Counted from the stretch's first letter, positions 28,609 through 39,391 are shown. The stretch: 64,000 bases of DNA from Minisyncoccota bacterium (GCA_003173865.1 PJMF01000016.1:17347-81346), one strand, 5' to 3'. Translations and numbers: made by a program. Notes: generated from the letters alone by a model not told the origin.

Positions 28609-29886
28609 TTCTGCAAAAAGCATGGGTACCTGCGCCATCACTTCCGGTGATTCGACATACGCAATTCGCATTTGTGTTTTTCCTGGATTTGGTTGCCCTT
28701 TTTCGACTGAGTAAAAGCCAGCCATTGGTGCTACTAATAATGTTGTTTCGACGCCATTTATATTCACTTTTCCTTTTTCCGCGCAGTACATCACAAAGTC
28801 TTTTGCATTAAAATCGGCTGGAACTAAATGTCTGACATCAATGACGGAGTAGAGTGCGGCATCGGGTTTAGAAATAATTAAATCGGGTAACTTTTTCTTC
28901 ATTTCGGTCAAAAAAGAAAACATCATTTTTTTATAGTACTCACGTTGCTGTGCGTACCATTTTTGTAAGTCTTCATGGCTCTCGTGAGCCAAAGCGCCAA
29001 ACACATACTGTCCCAAAACATTCGCACACAAACTTGCTGTGTTTTCAGCGACTCCTTGTTGATGAAAAAGCGCATTATCCGTAATCAATGCACCTGTGCG
29101 TAAACCACAACCATTCCACACCTTAGAAGCGGACTCGATACTGATGCGTCGACCAGTAATGCCGGGAACTGAAGCTTCAGTGACACCCCAGACACTGCTG
29201 ACTTGATCACCGGTGTAAAAAAGTTCGCGGTAGGCCTCGTCGCTCACAAGCCACAAATTATATTTCACACAGAGTTGGGCCAACTTCTCGATGGTGTGCT
29301 GCGGCATAAATTGGCCCGTTGGATTGTCATAAGGAATGATGAGCAATGCATTTGGTTTATGCTGCTGAATTACTTTTTCGATTTCCGATATATCGGGTAA
29401 CTCAAAGACGCCTTCGTCATCTAACTTACGACTGATGGAAACAGTTGGTCTGCCAACCCTCTCAGCAATAGATAAATAATTTGAGTATGCAGCATCAATT
29501 AAAAGGAGTGGCTGCTCTTGAGTTCCTGCAGGTCCACATACTCCCAAAATAACCAGTTCCATTGCTTGGCTCCCGCCATCCGTAACTTGACAATACAGAC
29601 CATCAGTTTGAAATCCACTGGAAACGATGATATTAAAAAAAGCTTTTTGAGTTTCTTCTTCACCCACAGTTGGTGAGTACTTTACGACACCATCCTTAAA
29701 AGGACTTTCCACACTGTTAAGTGAAAACATGCGCTTTTGAATTGCGGGATGAATTGGTAAAGAAACGTTTCCAATCGAGGTGTTGACTGCAGTGACTTTG
29801 TCTTTGCGTTTCATGAACGCAATACTTGATTGGCGTACTGCCGAAGGTTGGCGAGACTCGAATTGGCGAGAAAGTTGTGGTGACAT
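28582..29886 (-). CDS. PLP-dependent aminotransferase class I/II
   Basis: Fold-type I pattern with a candidate PLP lysine in SASKVWNGCGLRTGAL. 434 aa. Confidence 0.7.
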   Translation of the reverse strand: MSPQLSRQFESRQPSAVRQSSIAFMKRKDKVTAVNTSIGNVSLPIHPAIQKRMFSLNSVESPFKDGVVKYSPTVGEEETQKAFFNIIVSSGFQTDGLYCQVTDGGSQAMELVILGVCGPAGTQEQPLLLIDAAYSNYLSIAERVGRPTVSISRKLDDEGVFELPDISEIEKVIQQHKPNALLIIPYDNPTGQFMPQHTIEKLAQLCVKYNLWLVSDEAYRELFYTGDQVSSVWGVTEASVPGITGRRISIESASKVWNGCGLRTGALITDNALFHQQGVAENTASLCANVLGQYVFGALAHESHEDLQKWYAQQREYYKKMMFSFLTEMKKKLPDLIISKPDAALYSVIDVRHLVPADFNAKDFVMYCAEKGKVNINGVETTLLVAPMAGFYSVEKGQPNPGKTQMRIAYVESPEVMAQVPMLFAELLKQYLAV

Positions 29887-29955
29887 TGAAGTAGTATAAC
29901 TGAATTCTTACATTTTTTTTAAAGAAATGTGATTCTTCCTCTATAAATTCATGAC

Positions 29956-30375
29956 ATGTTCGTTAATTCTGAGTTAGAAAAAATAGATCAATTAATTGAA
30001 AGTCAAATACAAGTGTTATTTCAGACAGTGAGTGTTTTTCCTTTTGAATTTTTTCCGACCACTTTACTGATTGATAAAACAAAAGTTACTGTCAAATACA
30101 AAATTTTCTTTACGAGTTACCAACTAAAAAGTTTACTTATTCAGGATATTTCGAATATTGAAGTGAGCACGAGTTGGCTCTTTGCGACCCTAAAAATTCG
30201 CTCTCGTTTGCCATCGGAAAAAGTTATGTCAATAAAATATCTATGGAAAAGAGACGCACTAGAAGCACAAAAAATTATTCAAGGTCTTATGGTAGGAATT
30301 GAAGAACACATTGATGTATCAAGAATACCCTCCAACCAATTGCGCAAACGTGCTGAACAATTAGGTGGCACGTAA
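29956..30375 (+). CDS. small hypothetical protein, bacterial PH-domain-like (YdbS/YdbT-like)
   Basis: TM segments plus the motif TLLIDKTKVTVKY...IEVSTSWLFATLKI. Confidence 0.35.
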   Translation: MFVNSELEKIDQLIESQIQVLFQTVSVFPFEFFPTTLLIDKTKVTVKYKIFFTSYQLKSLLIQDISNIEVSTSWLFATLKIRSRLPSEKVMSIKYLWKRDALEAQKIIQGLMVGIEEHIDVSRIPSNQLRKRAEQLGGT

Positions 30376-30389
30376 GGTATACTTTTACC

Positions 30390-31304
30390 GTGTCAAAAAA
30401 GAAAAAAATTATTTTGGTTTGCGTGTGTGTCCTTGGAGCGATCTGCATTGGTGTCTTGTTCTTTTTTAGTCAAAAGCATTCCCCGCAATTTGATACACCC
30501 GCCCAAATAGCTGAAAAGTCAAAGAAATTTTATCCTGAGGAAACTCCTTCCCCAACTGCGACAAGTTCTGCCCAAACAAAAACTGCGTCGTCCTCAGCGC
30601 AGACTCAACTGAGTTTTGCAGATCAAAATAAACTCTATGGTCCCTGCGCAGTGGTTCCGACTCTTTTTTATCATCACATTCAGGATCTCGATCAAGCCAA
30701 AGCGGCTGGGCATGCCCAATTTACAGTAGGTCCGCAGTTTTTCCGCAAGCAAATGCAGTACTTAAAAGATCACCAATATACAGTCATTACGATGCAGTCA
30801 TTAATCGATTTTTTCGATCATGGGACAAAGTTAGCAAAAAAACCGGTGCTCATTACTGTTGACGATGGATATGATGATTTTGCAAACTTTGGAGTACCAA
30901 TTTTGCGTGAGTTTCAGTACCCTTCAACTTTATTTACACCAACTGGCTTGATTCAAAATCCGGGGTACTTGACTTGGGGAAAACTGAATGAGTTTGGGCA
31001 TGACAGCACAGTACTGGTTGCAAACCATACTTGGTCTCATCACAACATGCAAGCTGGTAATAACGTGGTAGAGCATGAAATCACGACAGCCGAGAAACAA
31101 CTAAAGGATCACGGTTTTGACTCACCAAAAGTCTTTGCGTATCCATATGGATTAGTTGGTGAGTACGCAAAAACCGTTCTTGCCCGTGAAGGTTACCTCC
31201 TCGCGTTTACAACCCAAAAAGGAGCCGTTCAATGCAAAAAACAACGTTTGATCTTACCACGTTTCCGCATTGGGAATACTCAACTCAGTGCATATGGGCT
31301 CTGA
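30390..31304 (+). CDS. polysaccharide deacetylase (CE4/NodB domain), membrane anchored
   Basis: Signal anchor and NodB motifs (LITVDDGYDD, HTWSHHN). N-terminal S/T-rich linker. Confidence 0.75.
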   Translation: MSKKKKIILVCVCVLGAICIGVLFFFSQKHSPQFDTPAQIAEKSKKFYPEETPSPTATSSAQTKTASSSAQTQLSFADQNKLYGPCAVVPTLFYHHIQDLDQAKAAGHAQFTVGPQFFRKQMQYLKDHQYTVITMQSLIDFFDHGTKLAKKPVLITVDDGYDDFANFGVPILREFQYPSTLFTPTGLIQNPGYLTWGKLNEFGHDSTVLVANHTWSHHNMQAGNNVVEHEITTAEKQLKDHGFDSPKVFAYPYGLVGEYAKTVLAREGYLLAFTTQKGAVQCKKQRLILPRFRIGNTQLSAYGL

Positions 31305-31322
31305 TTTGTTATACTGTTTGCT

Positions 31323-31979
31323 GTGATGAAATGTAATGTAGCTGTTATCTTTGTGTCTGTAGTTATTTTTCTTCTTTTAGGTATATCTGGCTATTTTATT
31401 TGGGTAGATCATTCGCACTTACACACCTTAGAGCTTCAACTCAAGGCGGTTGCCGCGGCGCAAGGGCCTGAAAGTTTTAGCACTCCGCTTCCTGCAATAC
31501 CTACTGTACCAAGCACCCAAGCAGCCGATTTAACTGCGCTTACCCAGCGAGTTACTGCTTTAGAACAAAAAGCAAGCCAAAAACCTCCAATGACAGAGAA
31601 AGTGGTGAAAGTTGCTTCTAACGTCAAGGAAGTGACGATTTTTCTGGGTAGTGGTGGAACAAATAACCGTGACTGGACAGATATTCCCTCAGCTCTAAGT
31701 ACAGTGAACTTGAATAACTACACTCATGTAAAGGCAATTTACTTTGAAGCCGCTCTGTCAATTATTGGTGGAGAAGCGCACGCACGCCTGGTAAATGCAT
31801 CCACAGGAGCCATTTATTTCAATAGTGAAGTGTGGAATAACACGAGTTCCTCTGTCTGGGAGACGAGTCAGCCCTTATTCCTTCCCACTGGGACGAGCCA
31901 ATATAGCGTGCAGTTGAAATCAACCAGTGGGGAACATGCTTCTCTGGACGGTTCTCGACTCCATATTTACCTCGAGTAA
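31323..31979 (+). CDS. membrane-anchored hypothetical protein
   Basis: N-terminal TM helix and a coiled-coil segment. No recognised domain. Confidence 0.4.
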   Translation: MMKCNVAVIFVSVVIFLLLGISGYFIWVDHSHLHTLELQLKAVAAAQGPESFSTPLPAIPTVPSTQAADLTALTQRVTALEQKASQKPPMTEKVVKVASNVKEVTIFLGSGGTNNRDWTDIPSALSTVNLNNYTHVKAIYFEAALSIIGGEAHARLVNASTGAIYFNSEVWNNTSSSVWETSQPLFLPTGTSQYSVQLKSTSGEHASLDGSRLHIYLE

Positions 31980-32034
31980 ATTGTGGTTTTGGCTTTGCTT
32001 ACTTGTTTCTTACGGGAGTCTTATTTTCCTTTGA

Positions 32035-33312
32035 TTGTCTAAAGATAAAAAAGACCTGGTGATAACAAATTACTCACCTCTTCTTCAGATGGATCGCAGT
32101 TTAACTATAGGATATAATCCTCAAGAAATGTCTGATAGTATTCTCGCTAGGGTGAGCAGGTTCTCCCTATATTTTCTGGACACTGTGAACGTAAAAGAGG
32201 TGTACAAAATTGTGGTGGAAAAAGGCACTGAACTTCTCAATGGAGTGGACGGTGGTGTGCTTTTGCAAAGAAATGGCATATTCGAGCTGGTCTATGGAAC
32301 AAGCGAAAGTATGCAAAAGACAAAAGCCCGTAAAAAAGGCTTTGCGTATCAAGCCTTTACTCAAAAAAAAACAATTGTGATGGTTGATCCTGAAAAGCAA
32401 GAAGAAGACTTTAGAAATGCTCATCCAAATCTGAAAGATATTGGTATTGTGTCAGCAGTATTTATTCCTCTTTCTTTTCAGAAAAAATCTATTGGTGTGC
32501 TCGTGATTCGTTTTGATAAAAAAATCAGTTTTACTCGCGCTGAGCTTGATGCACTCAACATTTTTGGAGCAATGGCCACACTCTCAATTCGGAAAGCGTT
32601 GCTCTATTCGGAAACCGTGAACGCCCTGAAAACGCGTGATTTATTTATGTCGACCGCGGCACACGAATTGAAAACGCCCATGACCGCAATTAGTGGGTAC
32701 GCACAGCTTTTAAATAATAAATTTCAAGATCCATCATCTTCTGAGTATCGATGGGTACATAACTTATCAAGTGAAGTTTTTCGGATGACCCAATTGATCA
32801 ATGAACTTCTGATTGCGAATCAAATTAAGTCAGGAAAATTTAAGTATACGTGGAAAGAAGTAGGTTTGCGGTCAGTATTAGATGAAACAATTAAAAATTT
32901 TACCAGAGAGTTTCCAGATCGGGTGATTACCTTTAAAGATAAACTTGATCAAGAAGATGACACCATTACTGCGGACAAAGATAAATTACTCCAAGTGTTT
33001 GATAATATTCTGGATAATGCTGCGAAGTTTTCATCCCAAGAAAAGCCGATTACTGTTTCCCTCTTTGCCGATGATCTGCACCTTGTTGTCGAGATTGATG
33101 ACCAAGGTGAAGGAATTCAAAAAACCGATCTCCCCCATGTCTTTGAAGAATTTTATAAATCGCAAAATGACCACTTTCACCAAGGGATGGGGTTAGGTTT
33201 GTACTTGGTGCGAATAATCATCTTGCATCACCATGGTACAATTAGAATTAATTCTAAAAAAAATAGAGGAACTAGAGTAACTATACAGTTGCCAAAACGA
33301 AATTATGAGTAA
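32035..33312 (+). CDS. sensor histidine kinase with an N-terminal GAF-like domain (cytoplasmic)
   Basis: H-box STAAHELKTPMTAISGY, N-box DNILDNAAKFS, G-boxes DQGEGI and GMGLGLYLVRII. No TM helices. Confidence 0.8.
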   Translation: MSKDKKDLVITNYSPLLQMDRSLTIGYNPQEMSDSILARVSRFSLYFLDTVNVKEVYKIVVEKGTELLNGVDGGVLLQRNGIFELVYGTSESMQKTKARKKGFAYQAFTQKKTIVMVDPEKQEEDFRNAHPNLKDIGIVSAVFIPLSFQKKSIGVLVIRFDKKISFTRAELDALNIFGAMATLSIRKALLYSETVNALKTRDLFMSTAAHELKTPMTAISGYAQLLNNKFQDPSSSEYRWVHNLSSEVFRMTQLINELLIANQIKSGKFKYTWKEVGLRSVLDETIKNFTREFPDRVITFKDKLDQEDDTITADKDKLLQVFDNILDNAAKFSSQEKPITVSLFADDLHLVVEIDDQGEGIQKTDLPHVFEEFYKSQNDHFHQGMGLGLYLVRIIILHHHGTIRINSKKNRGTRVTIQLPKRNYE

Positions 33313-34585
33313 TGAAAGATTTACAAAAACTCAAGAACAAAAACAAGGGATAGTTAATGATCTTCTTCCAATATTAAGTCGTATGAACTTTCTAGAGGGT
33401 GTCCAAGTTCTTGAGACGCTTCAACTATACCAACCAGAAATTACTGAAGTATTAAATACGCTTGCCGCAGAAATTGCGACTGAACTGTTATATCCTAATT
33501 TGGAAACAAAAAAAATGTTTTGGCTTGGTCTTTTTGGTGATTCTGGTTCTGGTAAAACCACATTTATTAGCCAATTTCTATTGGAATTGGAAGTAAGAGT
33601 AAAGTTTGCAGTTTATCAATTAGTTCATAATCAATTCGAAGATAAAGAAGTGAGTAATGAAATCCAAGCAAGAATTGTTGAAACTCTTATTGAACGATTT
33701 AATTATCTTTACGCTAGCTTTTCGGACGCTCTGAAAGCCCTTTATGATAAAGGAGAGATAAAAAGAGGAACAGAGTGGGGACACTTTACTCCTGAACAAT
33801 TTAATTCAGCAGGAGTTTTATTGGCCAAAGCTTTGCTTGAATCCTGGAAACAACTGCAAAAACAGGATGAGCCATTGGTTCTGTTGGGTATTGTTGATGT
33901 GTTTGCACTTGCGCGTGGAATTGGCGATCGTGTAATGGCGTACATGGTGAAAGATTGGCTGGGTAAACCTGAAACTATAATTTTCGGAATGATAGCCGAT
34001 CCAGATGTATGGTTAAGAGCTATTGAAGAACGAACAATTTTAGAAAATCCAGATTTTCGTGGCGAAAACTTACGTGACATTCTTGTTGAACTGGATGCAA
34101 TAGTCCATGGTAATGTTAATGCGCTTCCGCATGCAAGTGCAAATCCATATGCTCAGAGATTAGGTAGAGGATTTGCAGTAGAACAAATGAGTACTCTCCA
34201 TCCTTCAATATGGGAAAAATATACGGATCAACCACCTACAGCACAAGAAATACAAGAAATGAGGGCGGACATTAATTCTTCGGCTTACTATAAGTACTTG
34301 CCTATCTATATGCGGATCTTAATAAACGAATACTGGAATGGAAAATGGGTTGCTGCGGACTCTCCCGAGGCAGCATCTCAAGATCCGAGAAATTTAATCG
34401 TAAGAGAAGATGGAGCGGTATGGGTGGCTGGACAGAATCGTGTAGATCGCTCACTGATCATTCAAAATAGGCCAGTACGAGGACCTATAGATAAGTATCA
34501 TGATCTACTTACTGAAGATGGAATCCCTAAAAACGACGAGCATGCTTTTCCATTTTATGCTGTATCTTTAGACCTCATTCCTTAA
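33305..34585 (+). CDS. P-loop NTPase of unknown function (uridine-kinase/PRK-like Walker A) coupled to the GAF histidine kinase
   Basis: Start overlaps the kinase stop by 8 nt. Walker A LGLFGDSGSGKTTF. 426 aa with a large C-terminal region carrying no recognised motif. Confidence 0.55.
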   Translation: MSNERFTKTQEQKQGIVNDLLPILSRMNFLEGVQVLETLQLYQPEITEVLNTLAAEIATELLYPNLETKKMFWLGLFGDSGSGKTTFISQFLLELEVRVKFAVYQLVHNQFEDKEVSNEIQARIVETLIERFNYLYASFSDALKALYDKGEIKRGTEWGHFTPEQFNSAGVLLAKALLESWKQLQKQDEPLVLLGIVDVFALARGIGDRVMAYMVKDWLGKPETIIFGMIADPDVWLRAIEERTILENPDFRGENLRDILVELDAIVHGNVNALPHASANPYAQRLGRGFAVEQMSTLHPSIWEKYTDQPPTAQEIQEMRADINSSAYYKYLPIYMRILINEYWNGKWVAADSPEAASQDPRNLIVREDGAVWVAGQNRVDRSLIIQNRPVRGPIDKYHDLLTEDGIPKNDEHAFPFYAVSLDLIP

Positions 34586-35249
34586 TCACGTACCCAAATC
34601 CGCGCACGGAGTGAAGTAACTTTTTCTCGTGATCTTTGTCGATTTTTTTGCGCAGGTAACCCATATACACGTCGACGACGCGTGTTTCAATATCAGGAGA
34701 GTACAGCCAAATTCGATTCAAAATCATCTCACGAGTCAAGATTTGACCTTTATTATTCATTAAGTACTGCAGCAGCTTAAACTCTTGAGGAGTCAGCTGG
34801 ATAAGTTTCCCAGCTCGCTTCACTTCGAGTGTTTTGGTATTTAACTCAAGGTCATCAATCACAATGCGATGGTCACTTGCTTCTCTGCGTTTCATCCGCG
34901 CTTTAATGCGCGCAAGCAGCTCATCGGCGACAAAGGGCTTCGTTAAGTAGTCGTCTGCTCCAAGATTGAGACCTTGGACGATATCGGCAATGGTGTCTTT
35001 GGCAGATAAAATAATGACTGGTAAATCATGGTAGTTTTTACGAATTTCACTCACCACTGCCTCGCCGGTGAGTTTGGGTAAACCTAAATCCAGAATAACC
35101 AGATCTGGAATTGATTTTTGTAGTTGCTCGAGTGCCTCAATGCCGTCGCTCGCCAGTTGAGCTGAGTAACCGTTGTCGAGTAAAAGTTCTTTTAAGTATT
35201 TTTGAACACCTTGATCATCTTCGACGATCAAAATTGAGTGGATCATCAC
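34575..35249 (-). CDS. OmpR-family response regulator (REC + winged helix)
   Basis: DD pair (VEDDQG), D in ILDLGLP, K in TKPF. C-terminal trans_reg_C (VDVYMGYLRKKID, RGFGY). Confidence 0.9.
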   Translation of the reverse strand: MMIHSILIVEDDQGVQKYLKELLLDNGYSAQLASDGIEALEQLQKSIPDLVILDLGLPKLTGEAVVSEIRKNYHDLPVIILSAKDTIADIVQGLNLGADDYLTKPFVADELLARIKARMKRREASDHRIVIDDLELNTKTLEVKRAGKLIQLTPQEFKLLQYLMNNKGQILTREMILNRIWLYSPDIETRVVDVYMGYLRKKIDKDHEKKLLHSVRGFGYVIKE

Positions 35250-35360
35250 TAGATTTTACCAGTTTTGTGATAAAGCTCAATCGAGTGGAAGGATTGCTTA
35301 CCCTTTTCTTACATTTTGATATCCACTTTCCAATCATCTCTGCCCGAAGTAAGATGAAGC

Positions 35361-35906
35361 ATGGCCCAATTTCCTGACAAGTTCTACGCAGATCCACTCG
35401 GACTTGATCGGTATGTTGTTCAAGAGAAAGTACTCTATGAGTGGCGCGCCCCAAATAAAGTAAAGCGCATATATAGTCGCCAAGAATTAGCACAGTGGGC
35501 GGCGGGTGCCGTGCTCGTTGCCTTCATCTTGCTGCTGGCTCATGAAGTTTTTCTTATATTTGTGTTATTGGCATTTTTATTTTTCTTTGTGTTGTATGAA
35601 AAAAGTCCACCAATATTTTTTGAGTGTAAGGTGACCACGTTGGGCATCAAAATTGAGGAAAAATATTACTATTGGCCACAGATTTCGCAGTTTTGGTTTG
35701 AAGAACGGCAAGGCAAAGTACTTCTTTATCTCCGTATTATTTATCCGACAATTCAGTACTGCAAATTAATTATTCCTGAACTTGACCAAGACACTATAAA
35801 GACTACACTGGGAACGTATATTTTATACAAGGTGCCACAGTGGACACGACGTGATAAAGTACTTAAACAATTGACTCAACAGGTACCATTTGAGTTTGGA
35901 TTTTAA
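35361..35906 (+). CDS. hypothetical membrane protein
   Basis: Two central TM helices. No recognised motifs. Confidence 0.4.
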   Translation: MAQFPDKFYADPLGLDRYVVQEKVLYEWRAPNKVKRIYSRQELAQWAAGAVLVAFILLLAHEVFLIFVLLAFLFFFVLYEKSPPIFFECKVTTLGIKIEEKYYYWPQISQFWFEERQGKVLLYLRIIYPTIQYCKLIIPELDQDTIKTTLGTYILYKVPQWTRRDKVLKQLTQQVPFEFGF

Positions 35907-35908
35907 CT

Positions 35909-36934
35909 ATGTCACTTCTTCAACATCATCAAGTTATCATCGTCGGGGCCGGGCCCGGTGGTATTTCGGTAGCCTCAGCGCTCCAGGATCGAGGAGTACA
36001 AGATGTACTCATTATTGATGAAGGTGAAGTAGGCCAATCTTGGCTCGATTATCCAAAAGAAACCCATTTACTTTCGGAAAGTTCCTTGAAAAACGATGAT
36101 AACGTGATTGCGGACGTGAGTACCACAGAAGTTTTTCCACATATTGGCCATCCAAGTCATGAGGTATATCAAAAGTATCTCGCGTATGTAGTAAGTAAGA
36201 GGAAGTTAGCTGTGCAAACGAATACAAAAATTTTGCGAGTTTACTTTGATCAAAGTAATAAAAATTTTGTGCTCGAAGGGAAAGAAGATACTTTTTTTAC
36301 TTGCAAGATGTTAGTATGGGCAGCGGGGATGTACGCGACACCAAATGAGCAGCTGGAAACGGAAGGCTGTTTCATCCACTACGCTCACATGCCCTACATG
36401 GATAGCATTACTTCAGATGAAGTCATGGTCGTGGGCAGTGCGAACGGAGCAAGTGGAGTGGTGTTAGAACTTGCAAAACCAGGCCGTTTAGTCACGATGG
36501 TAACTTCGCATCCTTACGAAGTGCCACACCCAATTGATTGCTTATGGAAAGAACAAATGCAGTTCATTAAGGATTTGCAAAATCAAGGTTTAGTGAAAAT
36601 TGTCGAAAACTTTCGGGTAAAAAGTATTTATGGTCAAGAAGGTCACTACATTTTAGAGTCGGAAGATGGCCAAAAACTGCACGCAAAAAAGAAACCGATT
36701 ATTTGCACAGGTTTTCTGCCGAATGTTGAACCAATTAAAGACTTAGTGGATCAAAAATGTATGGATCACGATACCTATCTAGAGTTGGATGAGTTTCATC
36801 AATCCACCCGACAGCCCGGTCTCTTCGTCGCTGGTGTGATTGGGAAGTTTACGCACGACGAAGGAATGATCTCTAAGTTTCGGGAGTTTGGAAAAGTGAT
36901 CGCAACCAAAGTAAGTAGTCAAGTAAATTCTTAG
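35909..36934 (+). CDS. FAD/NAD(P)-binding oxidoreductase (two Rossmann dinucleotide-binding motifs; YpdA/thioredoxin-reductase-like)
   Basis: GAGPGG at the N-terminus (FAD) and GSANGASG in the middle (NAD(P)H). About 340 aa. Confidence 0.65.
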   Translation: MSLLQHHQVIIVGAGPGGISVASALQDRGVQDVLIIDEGEVGQSWLDYPKETHLLSESSLKNDDNVIADVSTTEVFPHIGHPSHEVYQKYLAYVVSKRKLAVQTNTKILRVYFDQSNKNFVLEGKEDTFFTCKMLVWAAGMYATPNEQLETEGCFIHYAHMPYMDSITSDEVMVVGSANGASGVVLELAKPGRLVTMVTSHPYEVPHPIDCLWKEQMQFIKDLQNQGLVKIVENFRVKSIYGQEGHYILESEDGQKLHAKKKPIICTGFLPNVEPIKDLVDQKCMDHDTYLELDEFHQSTRQPGLFVAGVIGKFTHDEGMISKFREFGKVIATKVSSQVNS

Positions 36935-36967
36935 CTTTTTCTCAGTTATTCCCATTTTGTTATCCAT

Positions 36968-39391
36968 TTGTGTGATAATATCCACATGAGTTTGTCCTTA
37001 CAAGAATTCCCCGGTTTATCGATAGACGAAGTGGCTCAGCGTAAAGCTGGTCATCTGCAAAATGCTTCAATCATGCACTCGAGTAGAAGCTATCTGCAAA
37101 TCCTCATTACGAATGTTTTTAATCTCTATAGTATTACTTTATTTATTGCCCTGATTATTTTAACAATTCTGGGTGGTTCACAAGATGCGTTGTTTGCGGG
37201 GGTGCTGCTCTCGATTAATATTGCGATAGGTTTATTCCAAGAAGTACGTGCAAAACAACAACTTGATGCACTGGCAGCGCTGCAAGTGCGACAAGTCCAT
37301 GTCCGTCGTGCTGGAAAGTTAGTAACAATTGATATCGAGGATGTAGTCCAAGATGACTTGATCGAACTTTATCCTGGTGATCCTTTAATCGTAGATGGCA
37401 CGTTGCTTTTTTCTGATCATCTCGAGCTTGATGAATCTTCTTTAACTGGTGAATCTGAGTACGTCGCGAAGAAAAAAGATGATCATGTGTTGTCAGGGGC
37501 ATACTGTGTGACAGGCCAAGGAGTGATGCGGGCAGAAAAAGTAGGGACTCATAGTCATATTGGTCAGCTTCATGAGCAAGCAAAAGAGTTCATCGTGCGG
37601 CGTACGCCGGTAGAGATGTGGCTCAGCATGATATTCAAAGTACTTATGGTTATGATGATTATTTTAGGTCCACTCACGATTCTTTCTGGATTATCAGCTG
37701 GCTTGCCATTGACTGATGTGATTGAGAACATGATTAATCTCGTCAGTAGCTTGGTACCACAAGGATTAATTGTGAGCGTCATGATTTCGTTTGCATATGG
37801 TGCGATTCGCATTAGCCGCAAAAAAACTTTGGTGCAGCGAATTAATGCCGTGGAGTCGATGGGGCACGTGACGGTGCTGTGTATGGATAAGACAGGAACT
37901 TTGACAAAAAATCAACTGCATTTAGAAAAAATCATTCCCCTTGGAAATGCTACAAAAGAAAAAATCGAAGCGCATTTGAGCCAGTTTCTTGCTGCAGTTT
38001 CATCTAAAAACTCTACAGCTGAGGTACTCGCAGCTGCATTGAAAGCCCCAACAACTGAAAAAAGTAAAGTTGCGGAAGTACCATTTAGTTCTGCACGTAA
38101 ATGGAGTGGCATAGCATTTTCTGAGCAACAGAATTTTTTCTTAGGAGCTCCCGAAATTTTGCTCAGTGATGCTGAACACATGCAAGAAGTTGAAATGTAT
38201 GCAAAAAAAGGGATGCGAGTTCTGGTTTTTGCTTCATCAAAAGAGTCGGTGCGTGAAGGTCAAAAACAACCTCCCACACACTTAACGCCTTTAGCATTGA
38301 TTGTGCTGAGTGATCAGTTGCGTGCAGACATCACAAAAACACTCAAACATTTCTGTGAGAGTGGTGTTGGTATGAAGATTATTTCGGGAGATGCAGCAGA
38401 TACGGTTCGCGCAGTGGCTGAGATGGCAAAGATGGATAATATTCAAGTCACCACTCAAGATGAGCTTGAAAAATTGTCCGAACATGACTTTGAAGAAACG
38501 GTATTTCAGTCAAATGTTTTTGCTCGCATCACTCCGTCCATGAAACGCCGCATTATTCAATGCCTCAATGACCAAGGGTTTTATACAGCTATGGTTGGCG
38601 ATGGGGTGAACGATGTTGCTGCGCTCAAAGCAGCTGATGTGGCTATTGCGATGAATGATGGTGCACAAATTACTAAGGATGTTGCAGATCTAGTTCTTTT
38701 GGAAAATGCATTCGCAGTTTTACCAGATGCAATGGTCGAAGGACATGAGATTACTCAAAGATTATATGCAGTTGCAAAAATTTTCTTTATTAAGGTGGTG
38801 TATTTGTCAGTCTTCTTTTTGCTTATCGGTTTTACTGGTTTTTCTTTTCCGTTATCGCTGCGCCAATCGACGTGGATTGCATTTATTACTGTCGGGGTGC
38901 CAACTGCTTTGATTGCGCTGAGATTTTTAAATCCGCTTCACAGCAAATCTTTTGCCCGCGAAGTAGTGCAGTATAGTTTTTTTGGTGGTGTAGTTGCGGG
39001 ATTGGTTATGACTGTAATGCCTATCGTGCTCGCGCAGTTTGCAATGAGTGATGTGACATTAAGTCGTACTGTGGTCACCATGTTTGCGTGTTTCTTTGGG
39101 ACGTATGTTTTGTTTGATATTCATGGTTTCCAAATACGTCATCCGCGCACATTTTTAGAAAATTGGTCTTCAGCTTTGATTATTTTATTTTTAGGTGTAA
39201 TTGGAATTTTAGTTCCGCTCAATGCGCAAATTACTTTTGACTTTTTGCCGCTGAGTTGGGATCAGTGGCTGATGACGATTGTGTTGAGTATTATAACGAT
39301 TTTCTTTTTTAAGTACGTGTTAAAACGTTTTGATTTACAGCGAGTGTTGCATATTTTAGCGGGCAATATTTCGAGGACGAGGAGGAGGTAA
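36968..39391 (+). CDS. P-type cation-transporting ATPase (type II/III-like)
   Basis: DKTGTLT phosphorylation motif, TGES, MVGDGVNDVAALKAADVAIAM hinge. 10 predicted TM helices. Confidence 0.9.
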   Translation: MCDNIHMSLSLQEFPGLSIDEVAQRKAGHLQNASIMHSSRSYLQILITNVFNLYSITLFIALIILTILGGSQDALFAGVLLSINIAIGLFQEVRAKQQLDALAALQVRQVHVRRAGKLVTIDIEDVVQDDLIELYPGDPLIVDGTLLFSDHLELDESSLTGESEYVAKKKDDHVLSGAYCVTGQGVMRAEKVGTHSHIGQLHEQAKEFIVRRTPVEMWLSMIFKVLMVMMIILGPLTILSGLSAGLPLTDVIENMINLVSSLVPQGLIVSVMISFAYGAIRISRKKTLVQRINAVESMGHVTVLCMDKTGTLTKNQLHLEKIIPLGNATKEKIEAHLSQFLAAVSSKNSTAEVLAAALKAPTTEKSKVAEVPFSSARKWSGIAFSEQQNFFLGAPEILLSDAEHMQEVEMYAKKGMRVLVFASSKESVREGQKQPPTHLTPLALIVLSDQLRADITKTLKHFCESGVGMKIISGDAADTVRAVAEMAKMDNIQVTTQDELEKLSEHDFEETVFQSNVFARITPSMKRRIIQCLNDQGFYTAMVGDGVNDVAALKAADVAIAMNDGAQITKDVADLVLLENAFAVLPDAMVEGHEITQRLYAVAKIFFIKVVYLSVFFLLIGFTGFSFPLSLRQSTWIAFITVGVPTALIALRFLNPLHSKSFAREVVQYSFFGGVVAGLVMTVMPIVLAQFAMSDVTLSRTVVTMFACFFGTYVLFDIHGFQIRHPRTFLENWSSALIILFLGVIGILVPLNAQITFDFLPLSWDQWLMTIVLSIITIFFFKYVLKRFDLQRVLHILAGNISRTRRR

